Source: Octopus bimaculoides (taxonomy: Eukaryota). From it: a stretch of 64,000 bases of DNA. Where the stretch lies: the NCBI RefSeq assembly GCF_001194135.2, contig NC_068991.1, forward strand, positions 43,015,227 through 43,079,226, given 5' to 3'. Made by a program: the position numbers and the translations under genes. Below the pieces are notes generated by a model. It did no database searches. It saw only the letters and a list, made by a program, of their open reading frames with translations, and was not told the origin of the DNA. Of the stretch, positions 63,581-64,000 are shown piece by piece. Each line of letters begins with the position of its first letter. Within the stretch, counting starts at the first letter, position 1.

Positions 63581-63799
63581 TTAACCCTTTAGCATTTAAA
63601 CTGGCTATGTCCAACCCCTTCTGCTTTAAGTTCAAACTGGCCAGGTCTAGGCTCTCACACCTACCCTACAATGTCATTCTAAAATAAACAATAACATCAC
63701 TGAAATCTCAAAGCTATGAGACAATACATGATTAATTCAAAACAATATGAATAAGTAAGCATTACATTTGGCAGAGTAATTTGAACGCTAAAGGGTTAA
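63581..63799 (+). mobile_element. piggyBac-type TTAA MITE
   Basis: TTAA-CCCTTTAGC ... GCTAAAGGG-TTAA: CCC/GGG termini with TTAA target duplication, typical of piggyBac-derived elements. Confidence 0.88.
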
Positions 63800-64000
63800 T
63801 CTTTATTTTATGAAGTCCATGTTCCAGCACCTTAGTTTACTGAACTAACTAATGGGTATCTATTTCTTAACTTGGGTTCACTTGGAAGAGAATGGAGGGA
63901 GAATTAAAATTTTTTTTTTTTTTTGTCTCTTCAGAAATCAAATCAGTAGATAGGGTATATATATAAAAGTGAATACCTAATTTATTTTTTCCTTCCTTTT

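Overview
AT-rich animal genomic DNA. The tRNA-headed SINE families resemble those I know from Octopus; the species is inferred, not confirmed. The window covers the central and 3' part of a + strand Ena/VASP-family gene. Five GT-AG exons splice in frame (41726-41790, 44075-44421, 53372-53548, 56153-56277, 61697-61842). They encode a linker, the proline-rich region, the G-actin-binding motif (GLAEALQKAKLKSV), the F-actin-binding motif (MMSEMQRKLAARRAK) and most of the tetramerisation coiled coil (DFELLKQEIVAEMRRELQKVKLDIID). I found no EVH1 exons and no confident terminal exon, so both probably lie outside the window. The rest is intron filled with repeats: three mariner relics, a Tc1-derived MITE, a FLYWCH-MULE relic, piggyBac-type TTAA MITEs, CR1/L2-like and RTE LINE fragments, at least five SINE types, a 20-22 bp minisatellite and microsatellites. 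There is no CRISPR array, rRNA or genuine tRNA gene, and I cannot support a new multi-gene system here. The best leads are smaller: inverted MITEs flanking the coiled-coil exon, a candidate stop-containing cassette exon, a perfect 46-bp palindrome, motif divergence in the Ena protein, and SINE module shuffling. Repeat boundaries without a TSD or TIR are approximate.
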